Positions 35,038-45,211 of a stretch of DNA of 64,000 nt are shown here, piece after piece. The DNA comes from Alphaproteobacteria bacterium. GTDB taxonomy: Bacteria > Pseudomonadota > Alphaproteobacteria > CAAHEQ01 > UBA3637. Below the pieces are notes generated by a model. It made no database searches. It saw only the letters and a program-made list of their open reading frames with translations, and was not told the origin of the DNA. Each line of letters starts with the position of its first letter. Within the stretch, counting starts at the first letter, position 1. A program made the translations under genes and the position numbers. The stretch is from the NCBI GenBank assembly GCA_017412085.1, contig JAFPYS010000004.1:2671-66670 (forward strand), given 5' to 3'.

Positions 35038-36990
35038 TTAAAAAAAGCTGTAGGGATCAATGTCAATTCTGACATCAACAACTGACGGTATTTTAACCTG
35101 ATTTAACCATTTTTGCAATATATTTTGAATTTTTAATGTCTTATCCGATTTAATTAATAAGCGATAACGATGTTTATCACGCAATTTCGCAATGGGGGCG
35201 ACAACGGGGCCCAACACTTCAAAGCCCTTAATAAATGGTGCTTTTTGGGCAATGGTTTTGGCCGTTTGATAAGCAAGGGCGTTGTTTTTGCTGCTGATAA
35301 TAAGACCAACAAGTTTTCCATAGGGAGGCATTTTTAATAATTTTCTTGCTGTCATTTCTTCGGACAGAAAAGCATTGCGGTTGTTTTCTTGTAATGCCTT
35401 TAAAATCAAGTTGTCTGGTGCATATGTTTGCAATAAAGCAAGTCCTTTTTTGGCTTCACGTCCAGCACGGCCCATTACTTGATTTAATAATTGAAATGTG
35501 CGTTCTCCCGCACGTAAATCACCACCAGCCAATCCCATATCTGCATCGATAACACCAACCAAAGTTAAGTTTGGGAAGTGGTGACCTTTTGCCAACATTT
35601 GGGTGCCAATTAAAATATCAATCATGCCGTTTTGAATGCGATTTAACAAATCTTCAAATTGTTGGGGGGAATTTAAAGTATCAGAAGTAATTTCTGCAAT
35701 ACGTGCTTTTGGAAAGAGGCTTAAAACTTCTTCTGCAACGCGTTCTACCCCAGGGCCGCATGAGACCAGTGTTTCCTTTTCGTGGCAACAGGGACATTCT
35801 GTGGGTCTTTTTTGTGTGTAACCGCAGTGATGACATTGTATGATGCCCGCTTGTTTGTGTTCAGTCAGCCATGCGCTGCAGTGCGGGCATTGTAAACGTG
35901 TTCCGCAAGAACGACATAAGACCAAAGGAGCATAGCCACGTCTGTTGATAAAAAGCAAGGATTGTTCGTGGGCGGCCATTTTTTCTTGTAGGGCATTTTT
36001 TAATTGGGGAGAGATAAATTTAATGGGGCCTTTTTCTTTTTGCCGCATATCCACAAGTTCAATCTCTGGCAAAGTTGCGCCAGCAAAACGTTCTGGCAAA
36101 TGGATGTGTTGATAGCGGCCATCCACGGCGTTGCAATAAGTTTCCAAGCTGGGGGTCGCGCTGGCCAAGATGATGGGGCAGGGTGCTTGGTAAGCCCGGA
36201 CAATAGCCATATCTCTGGCGTTATAAAGAACGCCATCTTCTTGTTTAAACGAGGCATCATGTTCCTCATCCACGACAATTAAGCCTAAATCTTTAAACGG
36301 CAGGAATAATGCGGATCTTGCGCCGACAACAACTTGGGCCGTTCCGGATCTGACGGCTTCCCACGTGTCCCGACGTGTTTTTGGGGTGATAGAGGAGTGC
36401 CACAAAGCGGGCGCAACACCAAAGCGTTTTTCGAATCTGGAAAGCCACGCTGTGGTTAAAATGATTTCTGGAAGAAGCACCAATACTTGTTTATTTGTTT
36501 GTAAAGCGTGTGCAATCGCTTCAAAATAAACTTCTGTTTTCCCAGACCCCGTAACACCATCCAGCAAAGCGACTTGGAAGTCTTTTAATGCCAATAACTG
36601 CTTAACGGCCTTATTTTGTGCCGGCGAAAAAGAGATGTCTGAAAAATCCGGATTTGGAGGCAAAAAAACAAGGGGTTTTTTACTGACCTTTTCAATTTCT
36701 GGATGTAGTGCCATTTTGAGAATTGATCCCACCGGATTCATTGTATATCCGGCTACCCAATTGATAAAACGAATCGTTTTAGAAGGGAGTGGCGGCAACG
36801 GCAAGACTTCTGAGATAGATTTTAATTTGTCTTGCGGAAATGGATTATTGAATTTTTTATCCCATACGATTCCCAGCAACTTTTTTCTGCCCAAGGTGGC
36901 ACGCACGAATGTGCCAACGGGTAATTCGGTATCGTGTAAATATTCATAGCAGCCCAGTGCCACTGGGAACAAAACAGGAAGTCGTTGCAT
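35038..36990 (-). CDS. priA: primosomal protein N-prime (replication restart helicase)
   Basis: Walker A LLDGVTGSGKTEVY, DEEH box VVDEEHD, and Cys-rich zinc module CRSCG..CPHCS..CHHCG..CPCC. Confidence 0.92.
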   Translation of the reverse strand: MQRLPVLFPVALGCYEYLHDTELPVGTFVRATLGRKKLLGIVWDKKFNNPFPQDKLKSISEVLPLPPLPSKTIRFINWVAGYTMNPVGSILKMALHPEIEKVSKKPLVFLPPNPDFSDISFSPAQNKAVKQLLALKDFQVALLDGVTGSGKTEVYFEAIAHALQTNKQVLVLLPEIILTTAWLSRFEKRFGVAPALWHSSITPKTRRDTWEAVRSGTAQVVVGARSALFLPFKDLGLIVVDEEHDASFKQEDGVLYNARDMAIVRAYQAPCPIILASATPSLETYCNAVDGRYQHIHLPERFAGATLPEIELVDMRQKEKGPIKFISPQLKNALQEKMAAHEQSLLFINRRGYAPLVLCRSCGTRLQCPHCSAWLTEHKQAGIIQCHHCGYTQKRPTECPCCHEKETLVSCGPGVERVAEEVLSLFPKARIAEITSDTLNSPQQFEDLLNRIQNGMIDILIGTQMLAKGHHFPNLTLVGVIDADMGLAGGDLRAGERTFQLLNQVMGRAGREAKKGLALLQTYAPDNLILKALQENNRNAFLSEEMTARKLLKMPPYGKLVGLIISSKNNALAYQTAKTIAQKAPFIKGFEVLGPVVAPIAKLRDKHRYRLLIKSDKTLKIQNILQKWLNQVKIPSVVDVRIDIDPYSFF

Positions 36991-37034
36991 TTTCTTTCTT
37001 TTTCCTTTATGCTCTATCTATAAGGATACACAAA

Positions 37035-37988
37035 ATGACACAAGAATTCAACCCTTTCTCTGTTACCGTTACAACAAATTTAATCGAAAAGATTGAAAGT
37101 TGGCAACGTTATCTTTTAACGGAACGGCGCTTGTCAGAATTGACGGGGGAGTCGTATCTTTTTGACCTAAAAGAATTTTTTGATTTTTTAAAACAACATT
37201 TAGGACGCGTTATAGACGTTCAAGATTTGGAAAAATTAACCATTACTGATTTTCGTTCGTTTTTGATGTGGAGATCGGACCAAAAAATTGCACGAACCAG
37301 CATGGCGCGCGGTGTTTCTGCATTAAAAAATTTCTTCAGATTTTTGGCGCGTGAAGGTATTGTCCAAAATGATGCAATTATGTCAATTAAGTCCGCAAAG
37401 GTCGGTCATGGATTGCCGCATCCCCTGACAGTCGAAGATGCACAAAAATTTTTGGAATTGGCCCAAGGAATGAATAAAACGAGTTGGGAGGGATATCGGG
37501 ATAAGGCTTTATATACACTTCTATACGGTTGTGGGTTGCGTATAAGTGAGGCTTTATCATTAAATATTAAGGATGTAACCCAAAACCCGTCTGTGTTAGT
37601 GATTACGGGAAAAGGGAATAAGCAGCGTCTTGTCCCAGTTTTGCCGGCGGTGCATCATGCAATACAGCTGTACTTAAACCATCATCCACACCCAATGCCA
37701 GAAGCACCGTTGTTTATCGGAAGTCGCGGCGATCGTATTAATCCCGGTGTTGTCCAACGTAATGTGCGGACTATTCGCCATGCAATGGGATTGCCAGATA
37801 CAGTAACGCCGCACGCTTTTAGACACAGTTTTGCGACCCATTTATTACAAGGGGGTGGAGATTTGCGAACGGTTCAAGAATTGTTGGGACATTCGTCTTT
37901 GTCCGCAACACAACGATATACTGAAATAACAATGGAACACTTGGAAGAAGTGTACGAACACGCCCATCCGCGGGCTCACTCTAAATAA
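37035..37988 (+). CDS. xerC: tyrosine recombinase XerC/XerD family (chromosome dimer resolution type)
   Basis: N-terminal SAM-like YLLTERRLSELTGESYLFDL..RGVSALKNFFRFL. Catalytic HAFRHSFATHLL and LLGHSSLSATQRYT. The ATG at 37035 is preferred over the track start at 36909, which overlaps priA. Confidence 0.7.
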   Translation: MTQEFNPFSVTVTTNLIEKIESWQRYLLTERRLSELTGESYLFDLKEFFDFLKQHLGRVIDVQDLEKLTITDFRSFLMWRSDQKIARTSMARGVSALKNFFRFLAREGIVQNDAIMSIKSAKVGHGLPHPLTVEDAQKFLELAQGMNKTSWEGYRDKALYTLLYGCGLRISEALSLNIKDVTQNPSVLVITGKGNKQRLVPVLPAVHHAIQLYLNHHPHPMPEAPLFIGSRGDRINPGVVQRNVRTIRHAMGLPDTVTPHAFRHSFATHLLQGGGDLRTVQELLGHSSLSATQRYTEITMEHLEEVYEHAHPRAHSK

Positions 37989-38317
37989 AACTCTTTCTCT
38001 GTCGCTTCAACTGGGCAACGATTTCCGCGGAATTTCCAATCGATGACAATGCCTTCATCCGTGTAAACAATGAAATCGCAATAGTATACATAATTATTGA
38101 CACCGCGTCTTAAGAAACTTTGGTTATCATAGTGATATTCTCGAATGCCCCACTTATCAACATATTGACTTGTTGGGACGCCAAAGTTATCGTACAAAGA
38201 AGCAACTGTTTGTCCGTGATAGATTGTAGAACGTTCTACATCGATGAAAACAGCATCGTCCACTCGGCAAGCGCCAAGCAAGAAAAATAATGCTAAAGCT
38301 AATCCCTTTTTCATCAT
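37976..38317 (-). CDS. small lipoprotein, hypothetical
   Basis: MMKKGLALALFFLLGAC is a canonical lipobox. 113 aa. Confidence 0.55.
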   Translation of the reverse strand: MMKKGLALALFFLLGACRVDDAVFIDVERSTIYHGQTVASLYDNFGVPTSQYVDKWGIREYHYDNQSFLRRGVNNYVYYCDFIVYTDEGIVIDWKFRGNRCPVEATEKEFYLE

Positions 38318-38404
38318 AGTTTCAGTGTAAAATGTTTTTTTGGTTTATTCAAGTCTTTTTTAAAGCCCCTTGAAAAAAAGTGAAAAAAACGGTATAATAT
38401 TCCC

Positions 38405-39436
38405 ATGAAAACGGAAGTGTTTGATTTTAATTTACCATCGGAATTAATAGCCAATAAACCGTGTGAGCCGCGTGATGCTGCCCGGTTGTTGCATATTGAC
38501 GGCACTGCTTTAACTGATGGACACATGTGTGATTTGGCCGATTGGTTAAAGCCAACTGATGTGCTTGTTTTTAATGACACAAAGGTAATTCCAGCGCGTT
38601 TATATGGAACGCGTGGCGAAGCACAAGTTGAGGTAACACTGTTTAAACAAATTGATTTGTCCAGGTGGGAAACATTAATCAAAAATGCCCGTCGTTTGCA
38701 TATGGACGATGAAATTGTATTTGCACCCAATTTTAAGGGAATGGTTGTGGATAAAACCGAATCTGGATCTGTGATTATTCAATTTAATTGTCAAGGATCG
38801 GATTTGTTTGCTAGATTGCACGAAGTGGGTACCATGCCGTTACCCCCCTATATTAAACGCTTGCGTGGTGGTTTGGAATCAGATAAAACGGATTATCAGA
38901 CAATGTACGCACGTCATGAAGGCGCAGTGGCCGCGCCAACGGCGGGGCTTCATTTTACTCAGCGTATTTTTGATTCTTTAAAAGCACGAGGGATTCGATG
39001 GGAATTTGTGACATTGCATGTGGGGGGCGGGACTTTTTTACCGGTGAAGGTAGAGGATACCAAAGATCATAAAATGCACGCAGAGTATGGGGTAATAAGT
39101 GCCGATGTGGCAGAACGATTAAATGTGGCACGGAAAAATGGATCACGAATCGTTCCGGTGGGGACAACCTCTTTAAGGTTGTTGGAATCTGCGGCCGATG
39201 ATCAGGGCGTTATTCATCCGTTTGCAAAAGAAACGTCGATTTTTATTACGCCCGGCTATTGTTTTAAAGCAACAGATGCTTTGTTTACTAATTTCCACAC
39301 GCCCAAATCCACCTTGTTTATGTTGGTCAGTGCGTTAGCGGGTTTGGATGTTATGCAGAATGCATACAAACACGCCGTAGAAGAACGATATCATTTTTTC
39401 TCCTACGGCGATGCTTGTTTAATTGAAAAGGCCTAA
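38405..39436 (+). CDS. queA: S-adenosylmethionine:tRNA ribosyltransferase-isomerase
   Basis: FDFNLPSELIA, GTMPLPPYIKR and TAGLHFT motifs. 343 aa. Confidence 0.92.
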   Translation: MKTEVFDFNLPSELIANKPCEPRDAARLLHIDGTALTDGHMCDLADWLKPTDVLVFNDTKVIPARLYGTRGEAQVEVTLFKQIDLSRWETLIKNARRLHMDDEIVFAPNFKGMVVDKTESGSVIIQFNCQGSDLFARLHEVGTMPLPPYIKRLRGGLESDKTDYQTMYARHEGAVAAPTAGLHFTQRIFDSLKARGIRWEFVTLHVGGGTFLPVKVEDTKDHKMHAEYGVISADVAERLNVARKNGSRIVPVGTTSLRLLESAADDQGVIHPFAKETSIFITPGYCFKATDALFTNFHTPKSTLFMLVSALAGLDVMQNAYKHAVEERYHFFSYGDACLIEKA

Positions 39437-40122
39437 TCTTTAAATCTGGCCAAAATAATCACGTTGATAATAACGGTGATGAAGCATATGGCCCATGTGG
39501 AATAAACCAATCCGCCAAAAGCCAGAATGAGTGAGAGCAACAATCCCAAAACCCATGTCACGGCGGCGACGCGCCAAGCTCTGTGCGTCGCTAATTTCGC
39601 ACGGACAAGCCATGCAAAAAATGCGGTCAACAGAACAGCCAACAGATAGGCAATCCACGATACAATAAAGAAGAAAATAAAAATACCAACAGCAAATGAA
39701 AATACAAAACGCCGTAACAGGCTGTATACATAAGTTGGTGAAACCAATTGCGCATCTGGCAGGGGAGCGCGGTCTACACGTGTGCCACGATCGGCAACAC
39801 TGAACATCGCAGAGCGTGTAACGTAGAAACCATCTGGGACGGGCAAGGAAATAGATTCTTGTGTGGTGTCAATGATCACAGGAATTCGTGTCATTGGGAT
39901 GAAAGAGCCCCATTTAATGTTGTTGTTTTGAATAGCGCCATCCTTGATAACAAATGTCGGAACTGAATCCACAAATTCAGTAATCATCTGATTTTTAAAG
40001 AACTTTTGTCCCACATAATAAGTCATTGTTCCAAAAATAACAGAGAGCAATAATGTGGCAAAAAAGACAAGTTTTAGACCACGACCTTTGCCGGATTTAA
40101 TATATTGAGCAATTTTTTTCAT
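39433..40122 (-). CDS. membrane protein, DUF1189-like
   Basis: N-terminal TM, an extracytoplasmic segment, then 3-4 C-terminal TMs. The architecture and N-terminus resemble DUF1189. Weak call. Confidence 0.4.
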   Translation of the reverse strand: MKKIAQYIKSGKGRGLKLVFFATLLLSVIFGTMTYYVGQKFFKNQMITEFVDSVPTFVIKDGAIQNNNIKWGSFIPMTRIPVIIDTTQESISLPVPDGFYVTRSAMFSVADRGTRVDRAPLPDAQLVSPTYVYSLLRRFVFSFAVGIFIFFFIVSWIAYLLAVLLTAFFAWLVRAKLATHRAWRVAAVTWVLGLLLSLILAFGGLVYSTWAICFITVIINVIILARFKD

Positions 40123-40199
40123 GTTTTCCTCCTTATTTAAATGATAATACTATATAAGCAGATTTTTTCCATGATTGTCAAGAGTTATTTTCTTGGATA

Positions 40200-41180
40200 C
40201 TAAAAACCTCCAGAGGCACCTCCACCGCCAGAAGATCCTCCACCACCACCGAAGCCACCACCAAAACCACCGCTGTGAGAGAAAAATCCGGCAGCGCGTC
40301 CATATCTCATAAGTCTTTTATCCTTGTTCTTCATTTGAAGGTATGTTGTGTAAGGAAATTTGGGGAAATGCATATAAAGTCGAATGTAAGGGATTATACT
40401 TGGAAAAAATATAACTGCTAAAAAAAGTAAGATTGAGAGGCTTGCTTTTGATAAAAGAGGTATAGAACCGTCGTATACCAATAACCAACCCAAAAGAACA
40501 GGAGAAAAGAATTCATGAGAACAATGTATGAAAAAGAGTCGACGATTGAGTTTGGAGTCCCTTCTTAAACGTGTGCGGTTGTTCTCGGCAAATTTTTCAA
40601 GGATAAGGGGAATGCCTATAAAAAAGAACACGATAAAAAATGGTAGGAATATAAAAAGTACTAAGATCGTTTTTGTTTTGGATAAATTGACTGTTTGTGT
40701 TGAAGTGTCAGATGCGCCATTTAAAATATCAGCAACATCGTTGGCGGCTAATTTAAGGGCGTCTCCGAAATGGTTGGCTTTTGCGAATGGTGTCATTTTT
40801 CTGACGATGTAACTTGCATGCGCATCGGTTAATATATATTCCAAACCATAGCCGACTTCGATTCGCATGAAGCGTTCATTGGGGGCAAGTAAAATTAACA
40901 CGCCATCGTTGCGTTCTTTGTCGCCTAATTCCCAGTGACGAAATAACATGTTGGCGTATTGATCAATATCGTAACCTTCCAAGGAGGGGACAGAAGCGAC
41001 CACAACTTGTTGGGGTTGTATGGCCTGCAGGCGTTGTGTTAGATCATATCGCTCTTCTTGCGTTAAAACGCCGGCGGCATCCACAACATAACCTGTAAGA
41101 GATGGAAAATTCTGCGCCCAGAGTGGAAGAGCCACCAACAGGGCACAGAAAAATCCAAAAATTTTATGCAAAATATGCAT
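40200..41180 (-). CDS. TPM-domain (YgcG-like) membrane protein with Gly-rich tail
   Basis: Signal peptide, LTGYVVDAAGVLTQEERYDL, TMs, and C-terminal GGFGGGFGGGGGSSGGGGASGGF. Classic lemA-TPM gene pair. Confidence 0.75.
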   Translation of the reverse strand: MHILHKIFGFFCALLVALPLWAQNFPSLTGYVVDAAGVLTQEERYDLTQRLQAIQPQQVVVASVPSLEGYDIDQYANMLFRHWELGDKERNDGVLILLAPNERFMRIEVGYGLEYILTDAHASYIVRKMTPFAKANHFGDALKLAANDVADILNGASDTSTQTVNLSKTKTILVLFIFLPFFIVFFFIGIPLILEKFAENNRTRLRRDSKLNRRLFFIHCSHEFFSPVLLGWLLVYDGSIPLLSKASLSILLFLAVIFFPSIIPYIRLYMHFPKFPYTTYLQMKNKDKRLMRYGRAAGFFSHSGGFGGGFGGGGGSSGGGGASGGF

Positions 41181-41188
41181 GTCTTCTT

Positions 41189-41770
41189 TTATTCAAAAGA
41201 AACAACGGGAGCCACCTGAGCTTTTTCGTCAGCTTCGATCATAGCGCGTGTTTTCATTTGTGTGAAATTTCTGATAATAAAAGATGATGGGAAGACGCGC
41301 AATTGTGTATTGTATGCACGTACAGCTTCAATATAATCGCGACGTGCCACAGCAATTCGGTTTTCGGTGCCTTCCAATTGAGATTGTAACGCCAGGAAGT
41401 TTTCATTAGCTTTAAGTTCTGGATAAGCTTCTGCAACAGCCATTAAACGCGATAAAGCTGAGGAAAGTTCTCCCTGTGCAGCCATATATTGTTTTAATGA
41501 AGCCTCATCATTTAAGTTAACTTGAACTTGATGTGCCTTAGCTCTGGCTTCAACAACATCTATTAATGTTTGCCGCTCATGGGTTTGATAACCCTTGACG
41601 GTGTTAACTAAATTGGGAATTAAATCACTGCGCCGTTGAAATTGATTTTGAATTTGTGACCATTTGGCGTTTGCATCTTCATCTAATTGAACAGTATGAT
41701 TAATCACACCGATGCCCCACGTGATTGCAGCCATTACTACGAGTACTAAAATAACTAAAAATTTTTTCAT
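41189..41770 (-). CDS. lemA: LemA family protein
   Basis: N-terminal TM then WSQIQNQFQRRSDLIPNLVNTVKGY..ALSRLMAVAEAYPELKANENF. Confidence 0.85.
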   Translation of the reverse strand: MKKFLVILVLVVMAAITWGIGVINHTVQLDEDANAKWSQIQNQFQRRSDLIPNLVNTVKGYQTHERQTLIDVVEARAKAHQVQVNLNDEASLKQYMAAQGELSSALSRLMAVAEAYPELKANENFLALQSQLEGTENRIAVARRDYIEAVRAYNTQLRVFPSSFIIRNFTQMKTRAMIEADEKAQVAPVVSFE

Positions 41771-41896
41771 GTTTTTTCCTTTCAAAAGTTGATAGAAAAA
41801 GTAAAACATATTTTAAGATGATGTGCAAGTAAAAAATGCGTCGTTTGATTTAAATATAAAAATGTGCTATCATATAATGGAAAGGATGAAAATAAC

Positions 41897-42292
41897 ATGG
41901 ATAAAAATTTAGTAACAGTAACAGCAGGAGTGATTGAATATCAGGGGAAGATTTTAATTGCACAAAGACGAAAAGATAAGAGTTTGGGCGGATTGTGGGA
42001 GTTTCCCGGGGGAAAAATTGAAGCAGGAGAAACTTGTCCACAAACCTTGAAACGTGAGATCAAAGAAGAATTTGATATTGATATCGTTGTTGGTGATTAT
42101 ATATGGGAACACACATATGAATACCCAACATTTACATTAAAAATGTATGTTTATGGTGCCTCCTGGGATGGTTCAGGTGAAATCCACATTTGTGATCACG
42201 AACAGTACCGCTTTGTTTCATTAGAGGAGATGAAGGATTTTGAATTCGCAGGAGCGGATATCCCCGTCATTGAATTTTTGAAACAGCGTTAA
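41897..42292 (+). CDS. NUDIX hydrolase (MutT/NudG-like)
   Basis: Nudix box GGKIEAGETCPQTLKREIKEEFDI and a WEFPGG motif. Confidence 0.8.
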   Translation: MDKNLVTVTAGVIEYQGKILIAQRRKDKSLGGLWEFPGGKIEAGETCPQTLKREIKEEFDIDIVVGDYIWEHTYEYPTFTLKMYVYGASWDGSGEIHICDHEQYRFVSLEEMKDFEFAGADIPVIEFLKQR

Positions 42293-42316
42293 AGAGCTAT
42301 AAAAAAAAGGGGGACA

Positions 42317-43681
42317 ATGAAGTCTTTTCGTGAAGACTTATTTCAAAAAATGGATGTTCGGCGTGCAGTTTTAACGCTGGTGTGGCCGACTATCATTAGC
42401 CAGCTTATTGGCGTGGTCTATAATATGTCTGATTCGTTTTGGATTGGCCAGTTGAACAGTCCAGCCCAAATGGCAGCGGCAACATTGTGCCTTCCAACTT
42501 TTCTGTTCACGATGGGGATTTCCAACATTTTTGGCATCGGTGGTGCCAGCTTGATGGCCAGATGTTTAGGGACAAAAAATTACAAAAAAGCACGCGCTAC
42601 ATGTTCATTTTGTGTGTGGACGGCAATCGTCTGTGCTTTGATATATAGTTTTCTGTTTTATGTATTTGATCGACAAATTTTACATTTTATTGGCGCAACG
42701 GAAGAGACATATCTGTACAGCGAAAAATATGCGTTTTGGGTGGTTGTGTTGGGTGCCATTCCGGCCACATTGAATGGATTATTTGGTCACTTGGTGCGAT
42801 CAGAAGGATATGCAAAACAAGCAAGTTTTGGGATGGTTTTAGGGCTTGTACTAAATATAATTTTAGATCCTGTTTTTATTTTCGTCCTTAATCTGGAAAT
42901 TGTTGGGGCAGCGATAGCGACAATTTTGTCCATGATGGTTGGATGTGGTTATTTTATATGGTTTATTAAAACGCGGCCGGCTAAAAGTATTTTGACATTG
43001 AAGTTGAAATATTATCAAGCCAGAAAACGGATTGCGTCAGAGGTTCTGTTGGTGGGTTTTCCAAGCACATTGATGAGTTTTATGGCGGTGGCCTCGAATG
43101 TTGTGTTGAATGTATTAACCGCTGGATATTCAACATTTGCGATTGCAGGTATGGGCATTGCCAAACGCTTGGACATGGTTATTTTTGCCATTTCAAATGG
43201 TATGGGGCAAGGCGTATTGCCTTTGATTGGTTATACTTATGCTGCAAAGGACTTTAAACGTTTGCGTTCGGCCATTAAAATTACATTTATTTACAGTATG
43301 ATTTTGGCGGTTTTGATAACATTGTACTTGTATTTCGGTGCAAATTGGACAACCCAGTTGTTTATTGAAGAGCCAACAACGGTTGCGTATGGACGGGATT
43401 TTTTAAAGATTATTTGCTTGACATGCCCGTGTGTCTCGTTAACGTTGATTATTATGACAATTTTTCAGGCGGCCGGCAAAAAGATTCAACCAACTATTTT
43501 GTCCATTATCCGAAAGGGCGGATTGGATATCCCGCTTATGTTTATTTTGAATGCATGGATTGGCGTAATGGGGCTGGCCTGGGCGATACCGGTGGAAGAT
43601 GTATTGGCCATGGTGGTTGCCATAGGGCTGTTTATTCCATTTTGGCGTGAGCTTAAAAAGAAAGAAAAGGGGGCCAAATGA
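42317..43681 (+). CDS. MATE family efflux transporter
   Basis: 454 aa with about 12 TMs. The N-terminus VLTLVWPTIISQLIGVVYNMSDSFWIGQL is typical of MatE. Confidence 0.8.
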   Translation: MKSFREDLFQKMDVRRAVLTLVWPTIISQLIGVVYNMSDSFWIGQLNSPAQMAAATLCLPTFLFTMGISNIFGIGGASLMARCLGTKNYKKARATCSFCVWTAIVCALIYSFLFYVFDRQILHFIGATEETYLYSEKYAFWVVVLGAIPATLNGLFGHLVRSEGYAKQASFGMVLGLVLNIILDPVFIFVLNLEIVGAAIATILSMMVGCGYFIWFIKTRPAKSILTLKLKYYQARKRIASEVLLVGFPSTLMSFMAVASNVVLNVLTAGYSTFAIAGMGIAKRLDMVIFAISNGMGQGVLPLIGYTYAAKDFKRLRSAIKITFIYSMILAVLITLYLYFGANWTTQLFIEEPTTVAYGRDFLKIICLTCPCVSLTLIIMTIFQAAGKKIQPTILSIIRKGGLDIPLMFILNAWIGVMGLAWAIPVEDVLAMVVAIGLFIPFWRELKKKEKGAK

Positions 43682-44328
43682 AACTCATAACCTTTCAGAC
43701 AAAAGAAGCTTTATGTGTTTTACAAAAGACGGGCATTTTACGTGCGGATGTGTCCAAAATTGATGTCAAGAAATATGGTGTGCCGTACGAATATATCGTG
43801 ACGTGCATGAAAAAGAAAATAAAACAAGGTAAAAATGAGCACTATCCCCTGTGGGCATGGGCCAAATGTGGCGCTTGTATTGGCCCGAGGAAAAGAAAAA
43901 ATTTTGAAGGACGCAAACAAGACTTGGTTAAAATTACTTTTGAAAAACCAGATAATGAAGTGTTGCTTTCTGATTATATGGCTTATTCATTTATTCTAAG
44001 TGGTCATATTGTTCCCAATACAAAAACGGAGTATAAGAAATTTTTACAACAAAATACACTGTTGTTGGATGCGTTGAAGGGCTTCGTTCGTCAAGATAAA
44101 AGTGGCAAAGGCGCCGCTAAATTATTTCCAAAAATAAAAAAAACATGGGCACGTATTTTTAATCTTAAATCAACCGTGCATCAGGCGTGTGTGTGGAATA
44201 TTAAAATGTCGGAAGTGAAAAAGATAGAAAAATTATCAGATGGACGATATTTGTATGGGACAATGAATGCAAAGCGCATGGATGGAACACGCCCCGATTG
44301 GAAAAAACGTTACCTTGATTTTTTATAG
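43678..44328 (+). CDS. DUF3841-like protein
   Basis: MKLITFQTKEALCVLQKTGILRAD...HYPLWAWAKC resembles the DUF3841 N-terminus. ATGA overlap with the MATE gene. Confidence 0.5.
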   Translation: MKLITFQTKEALCVLQKTGILRADVSKIDVKKYGVPYEYIVTCMKKKIKQGKNEHYPLWAWAKCGACIGPRKRKNFEGRKQDLVKITFEKPDNEVLLSDYMAYSFILSGHIVPNTKTEYKKFLQQNTLLLDALKGFVRQDKSGKGAAKLFPKIKKTWARIFNLKSTVHQACVWNIKMSEVKKIEKLSDGRYLYGTMNAKRMDGTRPDWKKRYLDFL

Positions 44329-44338
44329 GGAGATTTTG

Positions 44339-45187
44339 ATGCAATACGAATATATAGAAGTAAAAACCAAACAAAATATCTTTTTAAATGGATTTTATGC
44401 TAAGGGAGGTAATAAGTCCTGTGTCTTGTTTGTGCCGGGATTTGCGGGCAATTTTATGGAAAACAAGTTTGCACGAGTTTTGGTGGAAGAATGTTTTAAA
44501 AATAAAATGGATGCTGTGTTCGCTCACAATCAAGGGTCGTCTCAGGTTATGAGTTTTCCTTGCCTAAAAGCAGATGGAACCATTTCTAGTGTTGTGAGAG
44601 GGGCGGCGTATGAACATTTGGAAGATTGCGTGTATGATTTGGATGCGTGGTTTGATTTTGTAAAAGATTATGAATCGGTTTACTTGATTGCACACAGTTT
44701 GGGGTGTAATAAAGTGGTTCATTATTTGCGCGATCACAAGCCTACCAACCTTAAAAAGGTGGTGTTGTTGGCACCGCAAGATAATGCCGGATTTTTTGAT
44801 TTACCAATGCACGCTGGGATGGTGGATGAAGCCAAAGAAAACATAAAGGCGGGGTGGGCGGATCGCCTTTTGACAAAGAAAATGTTTGGTTGTTTAGTTA
44901 TGTCAAGCGCAACATGTTTGAATTTCATTTCTCATCCTGAATTTAATAATATTCCTTATAAGACGGCAAATGGCGATATGCCCATGTTACGAGAAATCAC
45001 CTGGCCGACATTGGTTGTGATTGGATCCCAAGAAAGCGAACAGGCTGAAGTATGTATGCAAAAAGTTGCAATGGCTTTGCCGCGGGGACAATATGCGGTA
45101 ATTCCCAATGCCAACCATTTGTTTAAGAACCAAGAAAAAGCGTTGGCAAATAGGGTAGTAGAATTTTTAAAAGAGTTTGACTTTTAA
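44339..45187 (+). CDS. alpha/beta-hydrolase fold protein
   Basis: CVLFVPGFAGN, nucleophile elbow IAHSLGCNK, and late IPNANHLF (His). The ATG at 44339 is preferred over the track start at 44267. Confidence 0.65.
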   Translation: MQYEYIEVKTKQNIFLNGFYAKGGNKSCVLFVPGFAGNFMENKFARVLVEECFKNKMDAVFAHNQGSSQVMSFPCLKADGTISSVVRGAAYEHLEDCVYDLDAWFDFVKDYESVYLIAHSLGCNKVVHYLRDHKPTNLKKVVLLAPQDNAGFFDLPMHAGMVDEAKENIKAGWADRLLTKKMFGCLVMSSATCLNFISHPEFNNIPYKTANGDMPMLREITWPTLVVIGSQESEQAEVCMQKVAMALPRGQYAVIPNANHLFKNQEKALANRVVEFLKEFDF

Positions 45188-45211
45188 GAATTTAGTGATA
45201 TAATTTAGTCT

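Noticed and set aside
37035-37988. Tyrosine recombinase as evidence of a mobile element
   Set aside because: The XerC/XerD-type N-terminal domain, its size and its housekeeping neighbours (priA, queA) fit the chromosome dimer resolvase. It has no flanking repeats or cargo.
38314-38730. 138-aa minus-strand ORF overlapping the queA 5-prime region
   Set aside because: It overlaps a confidently identified queA on the opposite strand. It has no motif or RBS, and the lipoprotein gene ending at 38317 already accounts for that strand.
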